Positions 27,471 through 39,856 of a DNA stretch of 64,000 bases are shown piece by piece. Source of the DNA: Batkoa obscura (taxonomy: Eukaryota). How positions within the stretch are numbered: position 1 is the first letter of the stretch; every line of letters starts with the position of its first letter. Location of the stretch: the NCBI GenBank assembly GCA_030770535.1, contig JASVEC010000021.1, positions 186,001 to 250,000 on the forward strand. Reading direction: 5' to 3'. The notes under the pieces were generated by a model. That model was not told the origin of the DNA. It searched no databases and saw nothing but the letters and a program-made list of their open reading frames with translations. Made by a program: the position numbers and the translations under genes.

Positions 27471-28149
27471 TTTTATAGATTTGTTCTAACTTGAATTAAA
27501 AGATGGATCGCATTTTTGAATTTTTGATAATCTAATCGATTAGTTGGAAATTTAGAATTTAAAATTTTTATGGGATTTGTAAGATTGATTGCAAGTCCTC
27601 AAAAAATTATGTACAATGCTATCAATTTACACTACTGAAATAACTTAAACGTATCTGAACGTTAATATATCCTTTTTTTCATCTAAGGGGTTTAACGATA
27701 AGGGTTGTGATGATTTAGACCTTGAAATGAAAGACGAAAAATAAAAAGTTTGATTATATTCGACATCTTAGTAATGTAAGATAAGTAAATATTTCAAGGA
27801 ATCAAAAAACAATTCATAAATTGACATTACACAACTAAAAATCTCAAAACAGTTTCCAAACTATTCCCCTATTTAGTGAAACTATCCTCGTATTTTACTA
27901 AATAAAGTAATAATATATTAAACTGTTTTGAGATGATTGTTATGTTATAAAATAAAAATATTTAATGCCGTTTTAAACCTTTATATTAGTAGCTTATAAA
28001 AATAGACTATGTTTATCAGAAAATATTAATTTGATATAGATTTGAGTCATGAAAAGTACTATTTTGATGCTAGCTATTGCTCCTGTATACAAAAAATTAA
28101 TATTTTAATTGAAACACTAAAAATGAGTAAAAAGGTTCTAAAGTTAAAA

Positions 28150-28220
28150 TGCAATGTCCGGGAATCGAACCCGGGGCTGCCGCGTGGCAGGCGGCAATTT
28201 TACCACTAAACCAACATTGC
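28150..28220 (-). tRNA. tRNA-Gly (GCC)
   Basis: Cloverleaf: GCAATGT/ACATTGC acceptor stem, GCCGC-CTGCCAC-GCGGC anticodon arm, GGTTCGATTCC T-arm. Confidence 0.95.
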
Positions 28221-29209
28221 TTTATTTGTTGTTATATGTGTTATAATTAATTAATAACATTATTACTACTGTAGATTAGTTTGATATACATCATTATAAG
28301 TTTAGTATAATATTATAAACATTAGGTTATATTTTGATAATACCTGAAGTTGAATATTACTCTAAAAAATTCAATATAAATAACTTCATGGTTATTAAAT
28401 ATTATCATTAACTTGTCTCTTATTAGCTTTATATTCTATTTTACACTTTTAAACAAATCTGAAACTTAAAAAGCGCTCATTTTTCCGATTGATAATTTTA
28501 GATTAAAATATTATTATTGTTAAATCAACAATCATACAATTAATAATTCGATTATAGCTAAGTGATTTAAAATCCTACAGAGAAGGTTAATAAGCTTGGG
28601 ATACTACCAAGTATATTTGAATTTAGAGAAGGATAAAATGCTATTGCATTTTTTAGCCGAAATTCCGGTCTTTTTTTGATTCCCGAGTTTTTTCAATTAA
28701 ATTTATTCCGGTTTTTAAAAAACTGAATATTAGTTTTTAATAAAATTCTCGATTTGTATTAAATGGAATACTAGTATATCTCCTTGTAAAAAGTGAAACA
28801 AAATAATTGAAAAACTAAGAAGAGTAATCAAATGATGCTTTTTGTGAGTGGACTATATAGTAAATTAAGCGATGTTGGTAAAATGTTTCAAATATTAAAG
28901 GATGGTTGAATCGAATTATTTGAATTACTAATTAGTCTTAAATAAGAACGAAATAAAGTGAGAATTATTGATTTAATCTAAAGTTTAATCATTTTTTAAT
29001 AAACTTCGCATCTAACTTCGAGAACTTTGGTCAAGCATAAATAGAAATAAAAATTAAGCAAAATCAGATTTCAATTTACTGATTTTAATTGGCAGAATTA
29101 ATATGCTTAAAGCTTGTAACCAATAAAAAAGATCGATTTTGTATGAAAATACAGAAGTATTTAAATCCAAAATAATTCAAATCGATGAAAACAATTTTTG
29201 ATAAAAAAT

Positions 29210-30875
29210 ATGTATACCACTCGAGTCTTGAAAAATTTATTAAATAAGTCCAATAAAAGCCTCAGGTATGGACATCAATTGTCGAATGGAATAAAGCGTA
29301 ACTTAGCTACCGCCCAAAGTGCAGTAAAAGTGGATCCAGTGAGTATAAATAATCTAACTCAAGGTAAAATTCATCAAGTAATAATTTAAAAATTTAAACT
29401 AACATTTATAGATCCAGCTGGTTTTGAAGTAAATAAAGTTAAAGAATCAAGTCGACCAATTTATATGGATGTACAAGCTACTACCCCAATGGATCCAAGA
29501 GTATTAGATGCTATGCTGCCTTATTTAACTCAATTTTATGGTAATGCTCATTCTCGTACTCATCAATATGGTTGGGAAAGTGAAAAAGCTACAGAAAAGG
29601 CAAGAGAGGTAAAAATAAATAAAGAATATAGCAATTTTAACTTTATTAAAGTTTTTTTTTAGTATGTTGCTAAATTAATTGGTGCTGATCCAAAAGAAAT
29701 TATTTTTACTTCAGGTGCTACAGAATCAAATAATATTGCTATTAAAGGTGTTGCTAGATTTTATAAAGCTAAAAAGAAACATATTATTACTACTCAAACT
29801 GTAAGAAATTGAAATTGAGATTGAAATTTTTAGAATAATGAAATTAAATATTAAAATAGGAACACAAATGTGTATTAGATTCATGTCGAGTACTTCAAGA
29901 AGAAGGATTTGAAATTACATATTTACCAGTACAAAGCAATGGATTAGTTGATCTTAAATTATTAGAAGAAAGTATTAGACCAGATACTAGTATTGTATCC
30001 ATAATGACGGTAAATAATGAAATTGGAGTGTTACAACCTATTGCAGAAATTGGAAAAATATGCCGTAAACATAAAGTATTTTTTCATACAGATGCTGCTC
30101 AAGCAGTTGGTAAAGTACCTATTAATGTCAATGAAATGAATGTTGATTTGGCTTCTATTTCCGGACATAAATTGTATGGCCCAAAAGGTATTGGCGCTTT
30201 ATATGTTCGTAGACGTCCAAGAGTTCGTATTGAGCCAATTCAAACTGGAGGTGGTCAAGAGCGTGGTATGAGATCAGGTACTTTACCTACACCATTGGTA
30301 GTAGGTTTTGGTGAAGCTTGTAAAGTGGCTTTAGAAGAAAGAGAGGTGATTTTGATTTTTTATATATTAATGATTTTTATATTAATATTTACATAGTATG
30401 ATCATCAACGTATTAAAAAACTTGCTGATCGACTTGTATCTAAAATTACAGAAAAAGTAACTCATGTAGTACGTAATGGTGATAGTGAACAAAACTACCC
30501 AGGTAAATCAAATATTTAATACTTTATTCATAATTTTATTTATATACTATATTAGGATGTGTTAATTTGTCATTTGCTTATGTTGAAGGAGAATCACTTT
30601 TGATGGCTTTAAAAGATATTGCTCTTAGTTCTGGATCCGCATGTACATCAGCTTCTTTAGAACCTTCCTATGTACTTCGTGCTCTTGGTGCAGATGATGA
30701 TATGGCTCATTCATCAATTCGATTTGGTATCGGACGATTTACCACAGATGAAGAAATTGATTTTGTATGTGATAAAGTAATTAGTCATGTGGATAGACTA
30801 AGAGAAATGTCTCCATTATGGGAAATGGTTCAAGAAGGTATTGATATCAAAACAATTGAATGGGCACAACATTAA
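29210..30875 (+). CDS. NFS1: Mitochondrial cysteine desulfurase (multi-exon)
   Basis: [30 protein letters not shown] (PLP lysine), [26 protein letters not shown]; basic N-terminal presequence. Confidence 0.97.
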
Positions 30876-31040
30876 TTACTTTATTAACATTATTAAGTTA
30901 ATATTATGACCGAATTTTTTATAATACTTATACACAATATAAATTTTCAGATTGTTTTTTTTTTATATTCTTTTGTATGTTTTGAATATATATAATATTA
31001 ATATATCTTATGTTTTTATTTATTTTTATTTATGCTTATT

Positions 31041-32552
31041 TTAAAATAAAGAAAAGATATGATTTAATTGAGATTGATTAAATAAATAAGAACCATGAGT
31101 AGTATTATTTAAATAATATAAACTCAAATTTGATAAATTGTAAGTTTGTTTTTGAATTTTAAGATAATTGGCTAATTTCTTAGCATTAATCAAAAAATCT
31201 AAATCAGCAATAATAATATGAAATTCAATTCCCCTCAAATCCTCCGGTAACAATAAACAGGAATAAAAAGGAAATTTAAATTGTAAATTAAATTTTAGAT
31301 AGGGATCATTAGCTAAAAACCATCGAATAAATAAATGAACACAATTAGATGTCGATGAAGAAAAAAAATTTGTCACAACATCTGATTCCCAAAGTTGAAA
31401 ACATACAGGATCAATTAATATCACTTTCTTTATATATTGAGGACGTTGTTTAATAATCCAACTTACAATTAAGCTACCAAAAGAATGGGCTAAATAAATG
31501 GCAGTTCCTAGATTGTGAAAGATATATAATGAATCAATGAAATTTAATAAAGAGTCCATAGGTTCTACATTAAATGTAGGCGATAGTGCAATATAATTTA
31601 ATTTCAATATAATTATTTTACAATTAATATATTTTTGACGTAAATGAATTAATTTTTTAAAATATAAACTGGGACCTAAACCTAATTATAAAAATAGAAA
31701 TAAAATAAAATGAAATAGAAATAAATATATTATTTGTTACCAATTCCATGTATAAATATTATTGTCTTTTCATAGTTCTCAGGTTCATAATAATAATAAG
31801 TGTTTCCATTTAATTCATGACATTGATAGCCAACACATAATAAACTTAATATAGCGAAAGATTTAAATGTATAACTACACTAAAAAAATAGAACATAAAT
31901 ACTTAATCTGTATAAAAAAAGACTAATAAATTACTATATAAAATATCAAAGGTTTAAAATATACATTTAAAGGTTCATTTCGATTCCAATATTTAGGTAA
32001 AACTTTTTGATAACTTGTTAATTGATGTTGCTTCATTATTATTTTATAGTATTGAATAACACACTCTTTTTCTTCTTTATTTAATTGTTTGATATTGCAA
32101 TTAAAAATATACCAAGCTAAAAATTTCAATTTAAAATAAGCAGATACTTTAATATTTTCTTCAGTTAAATTATACCATGAATTGATAAGTTGAGCACTAT
32201 CAGTTTGAGAAAAGATTTGAGTCATTCGTTGTTTGTCTTTGATTGTTAATAAATAAGACTGTTTTTGTGAAGATTGTTTATAAAACGTATATCTCAAATA
32301 TAGATTAAAACTAAGTTCCAACAATATATATAAAAATAATACTAAGCTTAAAATATGATTGATACCATTATATAAAAGTAATAAGAAACTGAGGATATAA
32401 ATAAGAGTATAATGTTTTAAGATTGGTATCACAAGGAAATCGATAAATGTTAATAATTTTACTATCTTATTATTAGGTAATTGAAGGAGTTTAATATATA
32501 TTAATTGAACGTATTTTTCTATTAATAAAATGTTATCTTCAAGGAATTGCAT
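31041..32552 (-). CDS. Membrane-anchored alpha/beta-hydrolase (paralogue A), multi-exon
   Basis: N-terminal TM segments, IHGI|GLG oxyanion region, AHSFG nucleophile elbow, LIDPVCF; start codon uncertain. Confidence 0.75.
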
Positions 32553-32910
32553 CTCTTTGAATCTATTATTCAATATAGAATAAGGATACTAAATAAACGA
32601 ATGAATAAATAAATAAATAAATGAATAAATAAATTAATAAATAAATTAATAAATTTACTATTATTATTATTATATTGTTTTTAATATTAAAATTCACATT
32701 TGATCTTCAATAATTTAATTTCATTATTAAATACTAATATTAATTTTAACTTGTTTTGTAATAATTTCATTTTATTTCATTAAAATTAAGTTATCAAGTT
32801 TTAATTTAAAAAATAGATTGAAAAACAAATTAATAAAAATTTACTAAATATATAAAACTAAATAAAAACCAAATAATTTTTTATTAATAATAATCAAATA
32901 AAATCCAAAC

Positions 32911-34370
32911 TCATACAACTTCAAGACCTCTCATAATGAATTCCATACTTTTATCACATAACAGATATTGACCATGAGTGAATTCTTTCATTATATGAAC
33001 TTTAATATTTTCTCTATTATGATTGAATTCCTCAATGTAACTATGAATTTTATTTGCTGATATAATCCAATCTTTTTCACTTAAATAAACATTACAAGGA
33101 ATGTTATTCAAATCTTGTAAAAATAATAAATTTTCATACCAATTAAAATGACGATAAAAAACATTGGCCATAAATAAATCTTTAGATAAAAAATAATAAG
33201 CTAGAGTAGAAATGAGATCATCCCTTGGTTTATATAAGAAGTTATATATTAAATCTGATTCCCACATTAGAAAACAAACTGGATCAATTAATTGTACTTG
33301 ATTTACATAATGTGGTCGATCTTGTATTAACCAAGAGGCTATTATTGTACCATAAGAATGTCCAATTAGTTGACAATCAAGTATATTATAACGATGAAAT
33401 AATATATCAAAATAATGAATAGTGTTATCACGTGTACCAATTTGATTTGTCATTGTTAAACTAACATAAGGCACTTCTACTAATATTACTCTTCGATCTG
33501 GATAACTTAGTCTTATTTTTATGATAAAACGTAGATACATGATTAATCCAATACCAACACCGTGAATAAATACTATGGGTTTTTCTTTACTTTTTGTATA
33601 ATACGATTTAGGTTCAAGTAGCCATATTTTTAAATTACTTGTTGAACAATATTCCTCACGAAATCCAATTAATTTCAATAATATACTACCTATTGATTGT
33701 ATTATATAAATTATCTAATTATATTAATATAATAATTATAATAATTATAATAGTACTATTAGTATATATTTAAATATATTATTATTATTATTAAACTTAC
33801 CAAATAACTAATCAATGGTTTATGTTCATATTCAACATCATCTAAATTTAAACTCATACATTTAATATCTTTAATTACTTCTTGTGTTTTATCTTCTTTC
33901 CTTTCTTCTTTGAACAAATTAATAATATATTCAAACTCTTCTACTTCCCTTTCCGTTAATTGTTCTAGCTTTTTATAAAATAAAGCCCAACATAACCAAC
34001 CCTTAGTCAATTCTAATGGTAAAATTTTATTTGACTTTGGGAGGAACCAAGTTGAAAATATAGAATGAGGATTCCTCATTACATTCTTAATCTTATCTAC
34101 TAATAATTTTCTTTTTTCAAATGTTAAATCATTACCGATTGTTTTTAAATTTAACTTTTGATATAAATTATAAATATAATAAATGAACCCAATCTCAATT
34201 ACAAGCCATGATTGTAAAAGTAAGTCCAACGGATAAACCTGAAAGTTGTAAATATATTGACGGTATACAATTATGATAAATAATATTAATGTAAAATATT
34301 TTACTGGGAAAATAATGAGATGAGCTAATAAAGTGGACTTTAATATTGTATTAGCGTTTGCTTTTATCAT
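32911..34370 (-). CDS. Membrane-anchored alpha/beta-hydrolase (paralogue B), 2 exons
   Basis: PIVFIHGVGIG, GHSYG, LIDPVCFLMWESD, C-terminal HG; colinear with paralogue A. Confidence 0.8.
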
Positions 34371-35082
34371 TATTATTTTTAAAAAAAGAATACAATTTAA
34401 AGTATTCTATTTCATTTTTATACCTTTTTAATCCTTAAGTTTTAACTTTATCTTATTTTTTAATAAATCTTTACTTTATTTAAATTCAATTTACTTTCTG
34501 GTTGATCGAAATTAGGTGAGATTAGTACTTATTTAGTAATTCATACTTTAAAATGCTTTTTTTATCACACTTTAATCAACAATAGCCAATCAAATAAACA
34601 CTTGAAGCTTGATTAATGAAATTAAAAAGTAGTATCAATAGCTTATCTCTTATATTAAAATTAAATTAAAATCTATTATAATATTAATATTATTTTTTGT
34701 TATAAATAAATAAAGTATAAATAAAAATAGAATATCAATAATTCAAAGTTGATTAATGTTTAGTTCCAATTCAATTGAGGATGAATATGAATTTTAGAAC
34801 TCACAGGATTTTCGCTATTAGAAATCGAAAAATTCAATAATTATATCGTACGTTGTCAAATAAAGAAGAGGAATTCCATTATTTTTTAACTCTTTCAATA
34901 TTAAACAGATTTTAAAAAGGTTTAATTGGATCAAAATTATTTTTAAAAAACAAGCTCACTCTCACTTTAACTAAAAGCTTATTGTTAAATGAGCTAAATC
35001 AGACGTTATCATAGCTAAATCGAAAAATAAAATTGTGACGAGTATTTCATCACGATTGAAATTTAGAAAACGATTATTAACA

Positions 35083-35217
35083 AGATACAAGAGATACAAG
35101 AGATACAAGAGATACAAGAGATACAAGAGATACAAGAGATACAAGAGATACAAGAGATACAAGAGATACAAGAGATACAAGAGATACAAGAGATACAAGA
35201 GATACAAGAGATACAAG
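35083..35217. repeat. 9-bp minisatellite (AGATACAAG)x15
   Basis: Perfect tandem array; explains the spurious RYK/LLY ORFs. Confidence 0.95.
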
Positions 35218-35362
35218 ATACAGGATTTTTATCCTAAGTTTTCTATTCCGAATTTTTTGATTTTCTGAGTTAAAGATTTGATCCTTCCAGGTTTACTGAA
35301 AAATTGCTTCCGAACTTGAGTTAAAACTAATGATTTATCTTTTATATTGTAATTTATTAATT

Positions 35363-35445
35363 AGGGGGTGTCTTTAGTTTTATTTTTCCATCTTTTAAGT
35401 ACTATTGAGTAGAAGAAATATTAGTAAATTTCTTAAAAAGAGACA
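35363..35445. mobile_element. MITE, degraded copy (orientation B)
   Basis: GGGGGTGTC start plus TTCCATCTTTTAAGTACTATTGAG...TTAGTAAA family core. Confidence 0.6.
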
Positions 35446-35598
35446 TTTTCAATTGTTAATAGGTATCAATTAATAAAATTGGGCTAGATGAGCTAATTTA
35501 AAAAGTAATAAAAGTTACATTAAAAACAGTATTTGTTTTTATTTTTTTACATAGTATTACTTATATGTTATTTGACATTTTTATCAATTTTTGTTCAT

Positions 35599-35688
35599 AG
35601 GAATTTTTTTTTAAGAATTTTACTAACAGTCTTTTCATTCAAATAGCGCTTAAAAGATAGAAAATGATGGGACCAAAAAAACATCTTT
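35599..35688. mobile_element. MITE, degraded copy (orientation A)
   Basis: TTAAGAATTTTACTAACA...CAAATAGCGCTTAAAAGAT...CCAAAAAAACATC core. Confidence 0.7.
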
Positions 35689-36399
35689 ATATATATACAT
35701 TTTAATATATATTTTAACTGGCTTGTTTATACATTATCTTTAAAGTATTAAATTTAAGCTACCATCACTATTGCATTTACCAGAAAAACAACCAAATTAC
35801 TTTACAGTCATCATATTTAACAAATCTGGAGTAGTCAGTCATCTTCAAACTCAGAAAACCAAAAATTCAGCACAGAAAAGCTAGGGTAAAAATTCAGTAC
35901 AATGGTATAAAACCTAATTTCCATTCAAAAAATCTATAGAAATTTTAAATTAGAATGTCCAAATAATTAGATTTTTATCATTGTTCTCCAATTAAAATAT
36001 AACTTGGAACTAACGTTCAACTATTCTGAATCTTAATTATTAGAATAACCTTGTGTTCGGTATGAAATGCCATTAATATATAATTTTTGGTTAAAAGGTG
36101 CGCTCTAATATTCAAAATTAGCAATTAAAGTTCTACTTTAAAATCTAGGGTTACATTAGTACTTATTAAAACTCTATATTATTCAAATCATATCTGTACT
36201 TGCATAAACAACAGCCATTTTTACCAAAAATTTCAATCTACATTGCTAGTTTAGTGACGGCAGCATTTATTTATTGAATAGAGAATAAATACTAACTCGT
36301 TTTACAAATAATCTAGCTGTAATGCATCCACTGCCGTTTTAGACTTTTTGTAAAAATATATAATAAAGATAAAATTAACTATATGATTGTAGTATATCA

Positions 36400-36470
36400 G
36401 CAATGTTGGTTTAGTGGTAAAATTGCCGCCTGCCACGCGGCAGCCCCGGGTTCGATTCCCGGACATTGCA
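36400..36470 (+). tRNA. tRNA-Gly (GCC), identical to the 28150-28220 copy
   Basis: Same 71-nt cloverleaf; T-run terminator shortly downstream. Confidence 0.95.
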
Positions 36471-36967
36471 TATGGTCGCTCGTATTAGGCTTTTTTAATC
36501 ACCTTATTTTTATAATGGAGTTGCCTAAAAGTAAAGTAAGAGTAGAGAATCAAATGTATAAAAATAGAATGTACTTGTTAAATAAATGCATTTTTTAATA
36601 TAGACGAATATTTACTTTGGTGAAGTTATGATGATTGATAAATTTTATTTTTTAATATAATGTCAATAATAGTCTTTACAATGAGATGTTGAAGTACTGT
36701 GGAGGTATAATATGTTACAATAGTTTTTATTCTTGATTAAACTTTATGAATTTAAACTAGAGTAGTAAGTTAAAGATATCATATATTAACGTATATTTCA
36801 ATATAAAATATCATCTAACAATATTAAATATTAAAAAGGAATAAATCAATAAACCATTAGAGTAAATTAAGATTGAAATTCAAAATAAATTGAACAAAAA
36901 GAATTATAAAATTAAATAAAAAAATTTTACTGACAAAAATAACTTGGATCCACCATCTAACGTCTCC

Positions 36968-38801
36968 TCACTTTCTTTTCCTCTTCTTCATAATAGCATA
37001 TACCCCTAAAGGTTGTTTTTCCTTTAATCGTCTATTATATTCATTTTTGGCTTTATCTTTAAGAGCAATATTATCTCTTTTAAAAAGTACAGATTTGTTT
37101 CCCTTTGACTTATCATCTTCAATAATTTTTTTCCATTCTTTACCATAAATTTTAATACCCTCTTCTAGAGCATTTGTTTCTTCTTCTTTCCATGGAGTGC
37201 GAGAATATCTTATTTTACCTTGTTTTTTGATCTCTCCATCCCTTCTTAAATCTTTTACTTTTTTTGCTATGGATACTCGATTTCTTCCACTTAATATAGA
37301 ATGCTGTTGATCGTTCATATTATATTTGGCTAATATTTTATCAAATTTCAACCCATGTTGTTTAATCCAATTTTTCAAATATTGAATTTCTTGATTTGTC
37401 CAATACCCATTCCCTTTATTCACTTCAGGTGCTTCTTGATTAATTTTTTTACTATTATGGGCTTCATTATGAGAACCGGAAATAACAACAGAGGAAGTTT
37501 CGGTAGTTGAAGACTTTTCAGGTACTGAGTCAGTATCCGGATAAAATTCTTCATGACTTGAACCCTTTTCATCCGCCAGTTCAATTTTAATTTGTGCATT
37601 ACTGCCTTTATTTCTATTTCTAAAATAATAACGAGGTTGATCTTAAAAATATTAAATTTTTGTTTTTTTAAACTCTTAAGATAAACTTACTGTTCTCTTC
37701 ATCTTCAAATGCTGAATCGCTATTAATACTACAATTGCTAGCATTAGCCATACTTATTTGAGATGAAGCTAGTTCAGCTATAATTTTATCTACTTCATTA
37801 TTTTCAATTCCATTATCCGTAATTGCTTCATTTACAACCTTATTGTTTCGAGTCTCATCTGTTTCAACGGTGCTTTCAACTTCGTTATGCCAATTAATTA
37901 TCTCACCACCTTCATGATTAAACCGTTTCCTTCTCTTTACTTTATTAATCGATTCTTCAACGACTTCAACTTTGACTTCGGTTTCTGGCTCATTGATCGT
38001 TACTTTTTCAATTTCTTGATTAGTAATTACCTCTTTTTCATTTTTTTGGTTATTGTTAGTTTCACTTTCCTTATTTGGAACACTCACTGTCGCTTCTTGA
38101 ATCTCTTGATTACCAATTTCTCCTATTTCATTTCCTTGGTTATTACTTGATAACTCTTCATTATCTATACTACTATTTGATGCCATCTCGGTTTCTGGCT
38201 TTTCAGTTCCTTCTATCCGGTCATCAAAATTATCAATTTTATTTGATTCACTATCTGGATTATCGACTGCCCTTAATTTGTCAACTGGATTGTCGATTAT
38301 TCTAATTTCATCTTCCATACCAGCAAGGAATTCATTACTTACAGCATCAGCGGACTTATCTTCAATTGCGTCAATTCTAATATCTCCAGTTGACCATTGT
38401 TCATGAAAACTTTTCCTAAAGCTTTTTTGTTCAATCAAATTATAAACACGAGAATGTATTTTTTCTAACTCATCAGGTGGTATTTCTCCTTTAACTGCTT
38501 TTTCAAGGATAGTTTCCATATCCGCGATTTCTGATAAGGCTTCCAATACATCCTCTTCATGTATACCTACATCAGGACTGGAGCTATTGGGCTCTTCGTT
38601 CTTGAGTAGTTGAGAATTAAGGCCAGTTAAGTTGTTATTGGTCTTTAGCTCAGGACTAAAAATAATTGAAGTTTCCATAATTTCGGATTTCCTTGTAATT
38701 TTTATCGCCGGACTTTTAATTGGCGTTATTGAAGTTCCAGAGCGCCTAGATTCTTGAGACTCAATATCCTTAGCATAACTATTTTTGTTGGGATCTTCCA
38801 T
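36968..38801 (-). CDS. Double-Myb telobox-type DNA-binding protein (Tay1/Teb1/TRF-like), 2 exons
   Basis: Two C-terminal Myb repeats (WTNQEIQYL..; WKEEETNALEEGIKIYGKEWKKI..KRDNIALKDKAKN with the telobox LKDK motif); intron about 37620-37690. Confidence 0.7.
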
Positions 38802-39121
38802 TGTTCAATGTTCCTTATTAAAAACAAAGTTTAGCTTAAAATCAATTTTATCTACATTTTGCTGCGATTTTTTGACAAAAGGGGGTAATTATAAAGTTTT
38901 CTAATTGAATAATTGATTGGTTGCGTAGTTTGACTAAATATTGTTTTGTTTAAAATAGAATATTATTATCAGGTAGGTGATAAAGTTAACAATAATTCAT
39001 AGTTCCTAACCTTGAAAATTATAAATCTAAGCTAGGAAATAAATAAGCTTTGATATTATATGTAGTAAATTTCTATATTAATCGGGTTTAGTTTAGATCG
39101 GGAATTAAAAAGTCATGATAT

Positions 39122-39217
39122 GGGGGATATGTTTTTGTATTTAAGAATCTTACAAATTTTCCACTTAAATAGCACTTAGAAAATACAAAAAATAATGAAG
39201 TCAAAAAAGACACTCCC
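39122..39217. mobile_element. MITE full copy (orientation A)
   Basis: ATAT-GGGGGAT...CACTCCC-ATAT. Confidence 0.85.
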
Positions 39218-39856
39218 ATATAGTTAAGCAAAAGCAGCAGCTTTATATTTTTTTCTATAAAAAACGATTGTTTAAATAATTGATTGATATTATAATAATA
39301 TAACAAAACGCATCACTTAAAAATGGCAACTTTGTTAATAATAATTACTTTTATAAATTAAGTTAAAACAAGTAATAAAAATTATTATTAAATATCAACA
39401 ATAAATTGAATATTAGTCCATACTGGTTAGTTACATACCTATTAAGTTGCATTTAGATGTTTAATTTATAGCTCTTTGTAATAAAACTAAGCTATTTTTT
39501 TATGTAAAGTTATAGAATTAGGTTGTAAATCTGATCACTTTTATTATGACTAAACTTTGTCTTAATAGTATTATAAAAGGATTTTGATATAAAAAATGAA
39601 TTTGAGATTATATTACTTATAGACTAGTAACGATATAAGGACATTGATTTTTTGAAAGTAGTTAAAGTTAGCTTTTGACATATTTATTGTAGACTTATGT
39701 TATACTAAAAGTTTAATAGAATTTTATTTCCTTTCACCCAATCAATTTAGATACGCTTCTATGTTAAACTAATAAGTTCGAAATAAATTGACGTATTTAT
39801 TTAATTCAAAAAGGTGGCAACTTTAACTTAAGAATAAATTTTAATAAGAGTTTCAA

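Noticed and set aside
34971..35268. ORFs encoding (LLY)n and (RYK)n; possible CRISPR-like array
   Set aside because: Artefacts of a perfect 9-bp minisatellite with no spacers; eukaryotic context and no cas genes.
36383..36598. 71-aa ORF
   Set aside because: Overlaps the tRNA-Gly gene.
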